This document shows, piece by piece, positions 31,232 to 38,804 of a stretch of 64,000 bases of DNA. The stretch is from positions 41,102-105,101 of the IMG/VR virus record IMGVR_UViG_3300037423_000600; one strand, given 5' to 3'. Both the position numbers and the translations under genes were made by a program. The stretch is from a virus. Every line of letters starts with the position of its first letter. Positions within the stretch are counted from its first letter, which is position 1. The notes under the pieces are model-generated. The model was not told where the DNA came from and ran no database searches. It saw only the letters and a program-made list of their open reading frames with translations.

Positions 31232-31873
31232 ATGAGTGACATCACAATCACAGTCAACCCGGACAGTCCTCTTTACAACTTGGCCTTGTATGTTCAGAAG
31301 TTGGAGCAGGAACAGGAAGCCAGTAAAGGGACGGAGAGCCTTCTCCGTTCCCAACTGGCGGCCACGATTGAACAGGTGGAGAACTTGAATGCTTTACTGG
31401 CCGATGCCAACGCGAAACTTTACGACCTTACTACTCCGGCGTGGAAGAAAGCGGCGGACCGGGTTATCCGGATGGCTTTAGCCCTCGTAGATGAGAATGC
31501 GGCTTCCGGCTACACGAAGTACCCTTACGACTTCGGCGGGAATCCTAAATTGGATTCGGCCGGGAATCTCATTGGAGGGACGTTTGACTGTTCTTCCTTT
31601 ACGAAGTATCTCTTTGGGAAGGAAGGCATCATCCTACCCCGGACATCCCTTTCTCAATCCTCGACAGGGACTTTGGTGGCCTATTCGGACCTCCGGCCTT
31701 TGGATAGGATTCACTTCGATACGGATAAGGACGGCAAGGTAAACCACGTAGGTATCTACATGGGGAATGGGCAAATGGTCCACTCGAATCCTTCCGGCAA
31801 GGGTCCAAATGTCGTTGCTTTAGCCGGATATTGGGAGTCGCGTTTTGTAAATGCCCGCCGGGATATTGGATAA
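31232..31873 (+). CDS. NlpC/P60 peptidase with N-terminal coiled coil
   Basis: PY.FGG, FDCSSF, LPRTS..Q, HVGIY.G. Confidence 0.92.
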   Translation: MSDITITVNPDSPLYNLALYVQKLEQEQEASKGTESLLRSQLAATIEQVENLNALLADANAKLYDLTTPAWKKAADRVIRMALALVDENAASGYTKYPYDFGGNPKLDSAGNLIGGTFDCSSFTKYLFGKEGIILPRTSLSQSSTGTLVAYSDLRPLDRIHFDTDKDGKVNHVGIYMGNGQMVHSNPSGKGPNVVALAGYWESRFVNARRDIG

Positions 31874-31902
31874 AACTGATGTCTATTACATCTTTTATGT
31901 GG

Positions 31903-31972
31903 TAGAATAGAGTCAAAGAATGCTCACACCAAGGCCCGAGACATCGATTTCTAAAGCTGTCTCGGGCTTTTA
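31903..31972 (+). ncRNA. Candidate ~60-nt sRNA / attenuator
   Basis: TG-N-TAGAAT, short linker, then GCCCGAGACA/TGTCTCGGGC terminator with T tract. Confidence 0.4.
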
Positions 31973-32068
31973 TGTAGATATAGATGCTCAAGCATACCCG
32001 GCCGTGATATTGAATTTATCTTGAACTATATTTGTGAGGAGGATTCGTTATGTGAGGGAGTGATTGTC

Positions 32069-32497
32069 GTGCAGAAAACGGACTCTATTTATCAAATCAT
32101 CTTAGGTTCAGTATGGGCGTTATTTATTTATCTTGTTGGTGGAATCGACAAATTATTTATCGCCTGCACCATCTTGATTGTTCTGGACTACGTAACCGGG
32201 TTTCTCTCGGCATGGTACAGGAAAGAACTCATCAGCCGTACGGCATGGTTTGGCCTTTTGCGGAAAGGTCTGATGTTGGTTCCTATGATTGTGGCTAATC
32301 AGGTGGACCTTATCTCTGGCATAGAGAACAGCCATTATGCCCGGAACGCCATGATGTTCTTTATTATCGCCACGGAAGGGACGAGCATATTTGAACACCT
32401 TGGAAAATTGGGGCTCAAGTATCCAAAATTCATTATTGAGTCTCTTACAAAACTCCGAGGCGATACGGGCCAGCGGCGGCGGAAAACTGACAGATAG
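32069..32497 (+). CDS. Holin (phage holin 4 / TcdE-like)
   Basis: LDYVTG, S...GL.RK, E..SI.E.L..LG..P motifs. Confidence 0.88.
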   Translation: MQKTDSIYQIILGSVWALFIYLVGGIDKLFIACTILIVLDYVTGFLSAWYRKELISRTAWFGLLRKGLMLVPMIVANQVDLISGIENSHYARNAMMFFIIATEGTSIFEHLGKLGLKYPKFIIESLTKLRGDTGQRRRKTDR

Positions 32498-32509
32498 GAG
32501 GGCTCTTTG

Positions 32510-33367
32510 ATGCCTACAGCAATAAGACTCGGGATTGATTGCGGGACCGCACTTACGGCAATTACAGCACGAGCGTTTAAATCCCAAGGCTCTCAATTCG
32601 TTGGGAGGTATGTGAAGCCGAACTCTTGGAAGTCCTTAAAAGCGTCTGAGGTTCCGAATATTTTAGCGGAGGGGTTATGGATTCTTCCGGTATATGAACG
32701 GACGGCAGACCGGACTAAAGGCGGGGCGGGCGCGGGAAAGGTAGACGGTAAAGAGGCATTTGATTACTGTGTCGCTTTAGGTATCCCTCAAGGCATAGCC
32801 GTTTACTTTGCGGTGGATTATGACGCGCCTACCTCGGAGTTTAATAACATCGAGGCTTATCTCCGGGCGGCGGCCGCCCAAATGACCGGGTACAAAATTG
32901 GAGTGTACGGCTCTTACTCGGTAGTTGAGGAAATGGCGGCCCGGGGCGCGGCGGAGTTCTTTTGGCAGACTCTCGCGTGGAGTAAAGGTAAAATCTCGGA
33001 ACATGCGAATGTCTACCAAAAGCAAATCGACGTTACAGTAAATGGCATCGGCGTGGATTGGAACGACCAATTCAGCTATGCCGGGATGTGGGGCGAACCT
33101 ATTCCCGCTCCAACTATCATCGTAGAAGAAAGGGATGACGACAATATGCCGATTCAAGCACCGGATTGGGTATGGGGACAAATGTACAATATCATTGGGG
33201 ACGCGTATAACAAGGACCTTGTGGGTTGGGAGTGGTGTCAGAAGGTCCTCGACCGTACCATGACCTCTTGGGAGTATGCTCACATTTTGGCGGTGATTGA
33301 GTCCAAGAAAGCCGGACTTAACGTGGATGCAAAGAATGACGCTTGGAAAAAACCCGAGGAAAGGTAG
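32510..33367 (+). CDS. Endolysin, DUF1906/GH25-like
   Basis: GIDC, FVGRY, IYFAVDYD-like, GVYGSY; C-terminal wall-binding-like segment. Confidence 0.85.
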   Translation: MPTAIRLGIDCGTALTAITARAFKSQGSQFVGRYVKPNSWKSLKASEVPNILAEGLWILPVYERTADRTKGGAGAGKVDGKEAFDYCVALGIPQGIAVYFAVDYDAPTSEFNNIEAYLRAAAAQMTGYKIGVYGSYSVVEEMAARGAAEFFWQTLAWSKGKISEHANVYQKQIDVTVNGIGVDWNDQFSYAGMWGEPIPAPTIIVEERDDDNMPIQAPDWVWGQMYNIIGDAYNKDLVGWEWCQKVLDRTMTSWEYAHILAVIESKKAGLNVDAKNDAWKKPEER

Positions 33368-33376
33368 GAATCAACT

Positions 33377-33607
33377 ATGGATACTGGAAGCGTAGTACGG
33401 ACCCTTCTTCTCGTCGTTACCTTGGTCAATCAGGTCTTAACGGTTTCCGGCCACACGCCTATCCCTTTAGGGGAGGCGGAGGCAAACGCCCTTAGTGTGT
33501 CGGCTACCGTCATTGTGTCCTTATGGACGTGGTGGAAGAACAACTACATCAGCAAAAAGGGCTTGTTACAGAAGGAAGTTCTAAAGGACCATGGCCTTAC
33601 AAAATGA
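33377..33607 (+). CDS. Holin (SPP1 family)
   Basis: MD.GSVVRT.LL...LVNQ.L; WWKNN.I. Confidence 0.9.
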   Translation: MDTGSVVRTLLLVVTLVNQVLTVSGHTPIPLGEAEANALSVSATVIVSLWTWWKNNYISKKGLLQKEVLKDHGLTK

Positions 33608-33637
33608 TTGACAAGCCTATCAAATACGTAATATAAT
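33608..33637 (+). promoter_or_regulatory. SigA promoter
   Basis: TTGACA-18-TATAAT. Confidence 0.75.
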
Positions 33638-33644
33638 AGGTATA

Positions 33645-33790
33645 AGTTGGTAGGGAAGGAACTAGGCCCGGAACTATCAAGCCTTGAGGTACTTCCTGTA
33701 GGAGGGGCGCACCTTGGGGTTAGCCCCCGACCCCATGCGGAGGAAATAGCATGTGTGTGGCCCCGAGCAAATTCGGGGCTCCATTTATTT
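33645..33790 (+). ncRNA. Structured leader RNA (riboswitch/attenuator candidate)
   Basis: Four hairpins and alternative pairing of GGCCCC; no ORF with an RBS. Confidence 0.5.
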
Positions 33791-33804
33791 AAGGGGAGGA
33801 CATC

Positions 33805-33897
33805 ATGAACCACTTCTTTGCTATCTCCTTGGCGGCGGCCGTGTTCATAGCTGTACTTCTTTGTGCCACCGTTTTTATGATGTGGTATCACGTATAA
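33805..33897 (+). CDS. 30-aa hydrophobic peptide
   Basis: RBS AAGGGGAGG; MNHFFAISLAAAVFIAVLLCATVFMMWYHV. Confidence 0.6.
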   Translation: MNHFFAISLAAAVFIAVLLCATVFMMWYHV

Positions 33898-33918
33898 ATT
33901 TCACTAGGAGGACTCGAA

Positions 33919-34395
33919 ATGCCGGACTTCGACTTTAGGATTGTAGACCGATTGCAGGAGTATGACAAGGACATCAAGTTTGAACAATTACGTTATCATC
34001 GTAAACGGGTAATGGTGTCTAAAGAGTTTACTTTCGACTCCGCCCACCATTTACACGCTTATGAAGGGAAGTGTAAAAACCTCCACGGTCACACCTATAA
34101 GGTGGTCTTTGGGATATCCGCTACCACGGATTCTATCGGTTTGGCGGTGGATTTTGGGGATATTAAGGAACTATGGAAATCCCAAATCGAACCCTATTTG
34201 GACCATCGTTACCTGAACGAAACCCTTCCGCCGATGAATACCACAGCGGAAAACATGGTCTACTGGATTTTCGAGCAGATGGAAAACGCCCTTAAGACCT
34301 CCAATATCAACGGTACTCGTCAACCCCGTGTGGAGTTCGTTCGGTTGTTTGAAACCCCAACATCTTACGCCGAATTTCGGCGGGAATGGTTATAA
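33919..34395 (+). CDS. queD: 6-carboxy-5,6,7,8-tetrahydropterin synthase
   Basis: FDSAHHL, C.NLHGHTY, DFG.IK, LDHRYLN, TAEN, ETPTSYAE. Confidence 0.95.
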   Translation: MPDFDFRIVDRLQEYDKDIKFEQLRYHRKRVMVSKEFTFDSAHHLHAYEGKCKNLHGHTYKVVFGISATTDSIGLAVDFGDIKELWKSQIEPYLDHRYLNETLPPMNTTAENMVYWIFEQMENALKTSNINGTRQPRVEFVRLFETPTSYAEFRREWL

Positions 34396-34407
34396 GGAGG
34401 ACTACTC

Positions 34408-35088
34408 TTGAAGCAAATAGCAAAAGACATTCTAAAAGAAATGGCAGTTGAACCCCGGATTGCGTCTATGGTAAAGGTATCGAAGCATTATGATGGCCCG
34501 CCGGAGTCCTATATAAAATCAGACCTCGCACATAAAATGGCAGAACACATCAAGGATAAAATGAGATACACCGTGGAGGAAAGAGGAGAGTTTCAGGAGC
34601 CCGGCTTACTTCGATTCCAAGACGACACATACACCCACCGGGCGGAACTTATCGTCTTTAGCCCGGAGGAATTTAATCGCTTCGTGGCCCGGCTTTGGGC
34701 ATCGGCTACCGGAACGGCTGTCGTGGACTTGGATGATGAAGAAGGCGTAGAGCCTAAAGACGTAACTCAGCACGTAGGCCATGCGCTTTGTGCTTGTTCT
34801 TCCTGTCGTTATGCTAAAGGCGGGAACATGATTCAGATTCCCTTCCTCCCGCCGATGGAGTTCCACCGTCTTATTCTGGATGGCGACGAAGCTCCGGGGC
34901 CGGAGGAAATGGTATCCTATGAAACGTACCGCTTTGAACTCAATAGGGTAGCCACAGGATTCAAACATGAATACGTTTATCGATACACGCTTGTCCCCGG
35001 ACAGAAGCTTTCGGTGGCGGCCCGGATGAAGTTTATCAAGGAGTTTGGAGCCATCCACCTTGAGCCTGTAAAGTACCAATGGAGGTAA
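34408..35088 (+). CDS. Hypothetical protein
   Basis: RBS AAGGAGG, TTG start. Confidence 0.7.
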   Translation: MKQIAKDILKEMAVEPRIASMVKVSKHYDGPPESYIKSDLAHKMAEHIKDKMRYTVEERGEFQEPGLLRFQDDTYTHRAELIVFSPEEFNRFVARLWASATGTAVVDLDDEEGVEPKDVTQHVGHALCACSSCRYAKGGNMIQIPFLPPMEFHRLILDGDEAPGPEEMVSYETYRFELNRVATGFKHEYVYRYTLVPGQKLSVAARMKFIKEFGAIHLEPVKYQWR

Positions 35089-35092
35089 TCTG

Positions 35093-35461
35093 ATGGATAG
35101 AATCAGCGTATGGGACTTGGCAAAGAGTTTTGAATCGGAAGCCATCATCAAGAGTACCTTTGATTCTGTCCCCAAGGTTCCCGGCGAAACGGCCCGATAT
35201 ATTTTCACGGAGCCCGCCTTTAGGTCCTTTGATTATGCAATCAACTTCGCCTTTGTGATTAAGGTTGGGACTACGGAGTATGTATCCCATAAAGCAATCG
35301 CTTTTGACCGGGTGGTTCATCTGAACAAATGGGAGCACGTTCATGAGAAGATGGACGAACTCTATGAAGATATGAAGTCACAACTAAAGGCAGACGGCCT
35401 CTTATATTATGAGAAGCGGACGGAGCCTGAGAAGCTACCGGATTGGTTGGTGAGGCCATGA
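35093..35461 (+). CDS. Hypothetical protein
   Basis: RBS GGAGG. Confidence 0.7.
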   Translation: MDRISVWDLAKSFESEAIIKSTFDSVPKVPGETARYIFTEPAFRSFDYAINFAFVIKVGTTEYVSHKAIAFDRVVHLNKWEHVHEKMDELYEDMKSQLKADGLLYYEKRTEPEKLPDWLVRP

Positions 35462-35613
35462 TTGGAGTCCTTCGTCAATTCGCAGAAGGTGTCGGCTATG
35501 TAACGATAGGAACGTACCTTTGGATTATCTTATTCGGCGGCCGGGTAAGAGTGCAGTATTACAACCCACTTCGTTTCTTTAAGAAGGGATATTCGCCCGA
35601 TAAGGAAGAATAG
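35458..35613 (+). CDS. Small membrane protein
   Basis: ATGA overlap; one hydrophobic segment. Confidence 0.55.
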   Translation: MIGVLRQFAEGVGYVTIGTYLWIILFGGRVRVQYYNPLRFFKKGYSPDKEE

Positions 35614-35632
35614 GTATCTGGAGGGATGTAAA

Positions 35633-35932
35633 ATGAGTGAACCATTTGATTACGGCAAGAAGCTTCCGGACGGACAGCACGAACGACATCCGGTAAACAC
35701 GGAAGGCGAATACGTCGCCCCTATCCGCCGCACGTATTTACATAAGTGCGGGGCCTCTACTAAAGTCGGAACGGCTATTGCGGAAACCTATGGAAAGAAT
35801 CCTCAGATGTATGGCCGGACCTTTTGTTGTGGCTGTCGGGATTATTTCCCGCTGTGGGAGTTTAAATGGGAGATTGATGGCGTAACGGTGGGCGAACTCG
35901 GCGGAGAGCCGGGAAAGAGATTGGAAGGTTAA
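35633..35932 (+). CDS. Zn-binding hypothetical protein
   Basis: H.CG and FCCGC motifs; followed by terminator. Confidence 0.7.
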   Translation: MSEPFDYGKKLPDGQHERHPVNTEGEYVAPIRRTYLHKCGASTKVGTAIAETYGKNPQMYGRTFCCGCRDYFPLWEFKWEIDGVTVGELGGEPGKRLEG

Positions 35933-35958
35933 AGGCACCCGAAAGGGTGTCTTTTCTT
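35933..35958 (+). terminator. Intrinsic terminator
   Basis: GGCACCC-GAAA-GGGTGTC with T tract. Confidence 0.85.
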
Positions 35959-36000
35959 TGGTATATATACCTACTACATAGCCAGTTATTCAAAGTAGTG

Positions 36001-36114
36001 GTTTATACGGTATATATACCGTATAAACTGGCACCTACTTAAGATTCTAAAGGAGCGGGTACTTAAGAAACTTAAGGAACAAAATACATATATTAAATAA
36101 AATAAAAACATTGT
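36001..36114 (+). repeat. 28-bp perfect palindrome + two repeats + AT-rich tract (copy 2)
   Basis: GTTTATACGGTATATATACCGTATAAAC followed by sequence closely similar to 7542-7620. Confidence 0.8.
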
Positions 36115-36131
36115 GGAAGGACGTGCTAAAG

Positions 36132-36545
36132 GTGAATTATCGACAGCATATGACGTTCGGCTTGGCTTTAGGGGCGGGGATTCAGTACATAGGACATATC
36201 GGTTCTACGAACCTTTTCTCTATACCGTCATACTATGCAGGAGTGGCTTTAGGTTCTCTACTCCCGGATATCGACCATCCTCAATCGTTTCTCGGCCGCC
36301 GGATACCCATAATCCCGCAACTCATCTACGACGTATGGGGCCACAGGTCAATTACTCATTCCTTACTGGCCTTAACCACGCTAGGTATCGCTACGGCTTC
36401 GACACTACACTTTTCTCCTTACCTTCTCCTCGGGAATTTTATCGGGTATCTCTCACATTTACTCGGGGATATGCTGACCAAATCGGGCATCCCTTTATTT
36501 TGGCCGATAGAAAAGAAAAGGTACCGAATCGTCGCCATATTCTAA
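36132..36545 (+). CDS. Membrane metal-dependent hydrolase (YdjM-like)
   Basis: LLPDIDHP, HRSITHSL, SHLLGD.LT..G. Confidence 0.9.
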   Translation: MNYRQHMTFGLALGAGIQYIGHIGSTNLFSIPSYYAGVALGSLLPDIDHPQSFLGRRIPIIPQLIYDVWGHRSITHSLLALTTLGIATASTLHFSPYLLLGNFIGYLSHLLGDMLTKSGIPLFWPIEKKRYRIVAIF

Positions 36546-36728
36546 TTCCGGGAATACTGTAACCTAAGAGGCATACCATACCCAACCGCAGTTCGGCTGT
36601 TCCTCCGGGCCGATGCCGGAGTAGGTTGGGTATGCTTCTTCTATTTTGTAGGAAAGGAGGCATATGCGGGAATGGATGGACATAGTAATGGTAATAATGG
36701 TAGGACAATGAACGGGAGGGAAGATAAG

Positions 36729-36908
36729 ATGCAATTCCATATCTTTTCGGAGTACCAAAGTATTCATGATGAGGTATATACGTTTGACTCCAAGTATTAT
36801 GAGGAATTAAGGAGAGAAGCGGCTAAACTTGGGGCCAAATCCCGCCCGTCCGGAAACAATTTCCAAGGGCTCCGGTTGGTCGTTGACAATACGAAGAAAA
36901 AGCAGTAA
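36729..36908 (+). CDS. Small hypothetical protein
   Basis: RBS GGGAGG; ends in LRLVVDN. Confidence 0.55.
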   Translation: MQFHIFSEYQSIHDEVYTFDSKYYEELRREAAKLGAKSRPSGNNFQGLRLVVDNTKKKQ

Positions 36909-36917
36909 TCTTTACTT

Positions 36918-37061
36918 GTGCGAGAAACCACCCAAGGCGGCAAACTTTAACAGGTGAGTTACTTCCGTTTATCGATGTGCCGAGAGTGCGCTAACACTAC
37001 GAAGCAGATAGGACCTACTGGCTATGCCCTAGGGCGTACGGCGGTAGGTTCTTTTCTTTTT
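36918..37061 (+). ncRNA. Tandem sRNA cassette 1
   Basis: TTGACA-17-TAATCT at 36883-36911; terminator at 37011-37061. Confidence 0.6.
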
Positions 37062-37085
37062 CCGCCGGGTATGGTATTATTTACA

Positions 37086-37209
37086 TTGTCTCGTCATTGT
37101 TGGCGAGGAGAAATGAGATAGTATTGGCGTACTTCTAATTTTTCCTTGTCACGTTCCCGGAAAGCCTTTGACTGTATTGCCTAAACAGTCAAGGGGTTTT
37201 TGCTTTTTT
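37086..37209 (+). ncRNA. Tandem sRNA cassette 2
   Basis: TG-N-TATTAT at 37072-37080; TTGGCG-loop hairpin; terminator at 37161-37209. Confidence 0.6.
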
Positions 37210-37234
37210 CCGGCGGCTATGGTAAGATGGTTTT

Positions 37235-37418
37235 ACCTTAGTTCGTTGGCCGCCGGGATTGAAGAGTTCCGGCCGTATCCATCGAATACGTGTAGCTGGT
37301 GGGCTCTACGTGGTTATAAAGGTCAAAGGTTGTGCGCCTTGTTAAAACCATTGCCAATGGAACAGCCTTTATAAAGAAAACCCCTTTTCGCGTTCCACGC
37401 GGGGAGGGGTTTTTCTTT
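37235..37418 (+). ncRNA. Tandem sRNA cassette 3
   Basis: TTGCTT-17-TAAGAT; multibranch stem; terminator at 37373-37418. Confidence 0.6.
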
Positions 37419-37524
37419 GCCTTTCGAGGGAGTAACCCCATAGTGTTATTCTTCGCCTGCCGGGTTATACTATAGATGTCGGGTTAGGAGCCCGGCAAAT
37501 CCTTTAGCGAAGGGCGGGAGACGG

Positions 37525-37644
37525 ATGAACTTGGATAACGTAAATATGGTGGACTATATGAGAGCCGAGCGGGAAGCAATTAAGCAGTTGGATAAATTCC
37601 ACAGAGTCTTAGCTGAACTTTACCGTAGGGGTTGCCTCAAATGA
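37525..37644 (+). CDS. 39-aa hypothetical protein
   Basis: RBS GGGAG; ATGA overlap with next gene. Confidence 0.5.
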   Translation: MNLDNVNMVDYMRAEREAIKQLDKFHRVLAELYRRGCLK

Positions 37645-37868
37645 CCATCATCGACGTTATCGTGCAGGGCACCGTCTGGACCTTTGTTATTCTTGCCGGG
37701 TTATTCTCTAAACCCATTTGCTACGCTATCCGGGTTACCGCCCGCCATGAGCGGAAGAAAAAGAAAGCCCAAATCCGGGCGGCTTTAGCGGAACAACGGA
37801 AGGCGGAAAAAGCCGAACTCAAGGCACAAAAACAATACCAAAAACAACTACGAAAAGGGGCGTGTTAA
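37641..37868 (+). CDS. Membrane-anchored basic coiled-coil protein
   Basis: N-terminal TM segment, K/R-rich tail. Confidence 0.65.
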   Translation: MTIIDVIVQGTVWTFVILAGLFSKPICYAIRVTARHERKKKKAQIRAALAEQRKAEKAELKAQKQYQKQLRKGAC

Positions 37869-37870
37869 TT

Positions 37871-38065
37871 ATGGCGAAAAACCAAAAAGCAGTTCCTACT
37901 CAACAGGTGAATCAGGTATTGGACCAAATGAAATATGAAATTGCCAGTGAACTTGGCATCCAAACAGGGGCAGACCAAACGGCCCGTAATAACGGTCGTG
38001 TCGGCGGGCAGATGACAAAAAGGCTGATTCAAATTGCTGAATCTACTATCGCTGGCGGCCGATAA
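37871..38065 (+). CDS. Alpha/beta-type small acid-soluble spore protein (SASP)
   Basis: LDQMKYEIASELG, G.VGGQMTKRLIQIAE. Confidence 0.95.
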   Translation: MAKNQKAVPTQQVNQVLDQMKYEIASELGIQTGADQTARNNGRVGGQMTKRLIQIAESTIAGGR

Positions 38066-38154
38066 TGGATGGAGAAAGTCTTTTGATGACAGGTATTTCC
38101 GTAATGTATGGGTTGTTTTTACTCGGAGCTATTTTCTTTATAGGTCGAACTTAA
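38065..38154 (+). CDS. 29-aa membrane peptide
   Basis: TAATG coupling to SASP; hydrophobic. Confidence 0.5.
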   Translation: MDGESLLMTGISVMYGLFLLGAIFFIGRT

Positions 38155-38271
38155 ATGGTTAAATCCTTTCAAGATTATAGAAAAGAAAAATACCGTGGAT
38201 TCTGGCAATCATTTTGGGTCATTGTACTCCTTATTCTTTCCTTCCTCTTCTTTGCTTCTGAGGCCCCGTAA
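38155..38271 (+). CDS. 38-aa membrane peptide
   Basis: Abuts previous ORF; TM segment; terminator at 38260-38290. Confidence 0.5.
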   Translation: MVKSFQDYRKEKYRGFWQSFWVIVLLILSFLFFASEAP

Positions 38272-38309
38272 AAGGGGTCTTTTTCTTTTTAAAAATTTTC
38301 GGCGGGGAC

Positions 38310-38341
38310 ACGCACCAAAATAGGCTCCGGCCCATACCTTA
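38310..38341 (+). promoter_or_regulatory. SigK-type promoter (copy 1)
   Basis: ACGCAC-N17-CATACCTTA. Confidence 0.6.
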
Positions 38342-38371
38342 TTTACATAACGTTAACGGGGAGTGAAATCC

Positions 38372-38497
38372 ATGACGATTGGTGACGCTTTGCTGTGGAT
38401 AGCCAGCGCGTATATTTCGTGGAAATTCATCAAGGGAACGTGCAACATCGTTTCCACTATGGCGGAAGTCGGGCTCGAAAAGCTACGGCGGCTGTAA
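38372..38497 (+). CDS. 41-aa membrane peptide
   Basis: RBS GGGGAGTG. Confidence 0.55.
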   Translation: MTIGDALLWIASAYISWKFIKGTCNIVSTMAEVGLEKLRRL

Positions 38498-38519
38498 CGG
38501 GCGGGAGGAGGAAAGAACG

Positions 38520-38714
38520 ATGACGGAAACCCAAAAAGCAACACTGGAGAAAAGCTTAGAGACAGCTACCAAGGCGGTGAAGAAAATCCAAGATGAACTC
38601 AAGGCTTTAGAAATTCCCTTAACTCAACTCACGGTAAGAAAGACCGCTTTATGCATTGACCTCTTGGAGGCGGAAGTTCTGGAACTCAAAGAAGCATTTA
38701 ACGCACGGCGATAA
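38520..38714 (+). CDS. Coiled-coil hypothetical protein
   Basis: RBS GGAGGAGG. Confidence 0.7.
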   Translation: MTETQKATLEKSLETATKAVKKIQDELKALEIPLTQLTVRKTALCIDLLEAEVLELKEAFNARR

Positions 38715-38732
38715 CAATGGGAGCATACCCTA
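38701..38732 (+). promoter_or_regulatory. SigK-type promoter (copy 2)
   Basis: ACGCAC-N17-CATACCCTA. Confidence 0.6.
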
Positions 38733-38804
38733 TTATCATCAGCGGCCCCAAGCCGCACTTAGTCACCGGGATGATAATAGGGTATGGGACAGGGAGGTAG
38801 GAAG

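Noticed and set aside
33700-33783. tRNA-like element ending in CCA
   Set aside because: No T-loop TTCRA and no D or anticodon arm geometry; I recognised no tRNA in the window
37250-37300. Hammerhead-like TTGAAGAG...CGAA
   Set aside because: Core should be CUGANGA...GAAA with stems I-III; the first base and stem II do not fit
36883-37418. Possible mini-CRISPR array in the ORF-less region
   Set aside because: No regularly spaced direct repeats of 25-40 bp; the units are promoter/terminator-bounded with unrelated bodies
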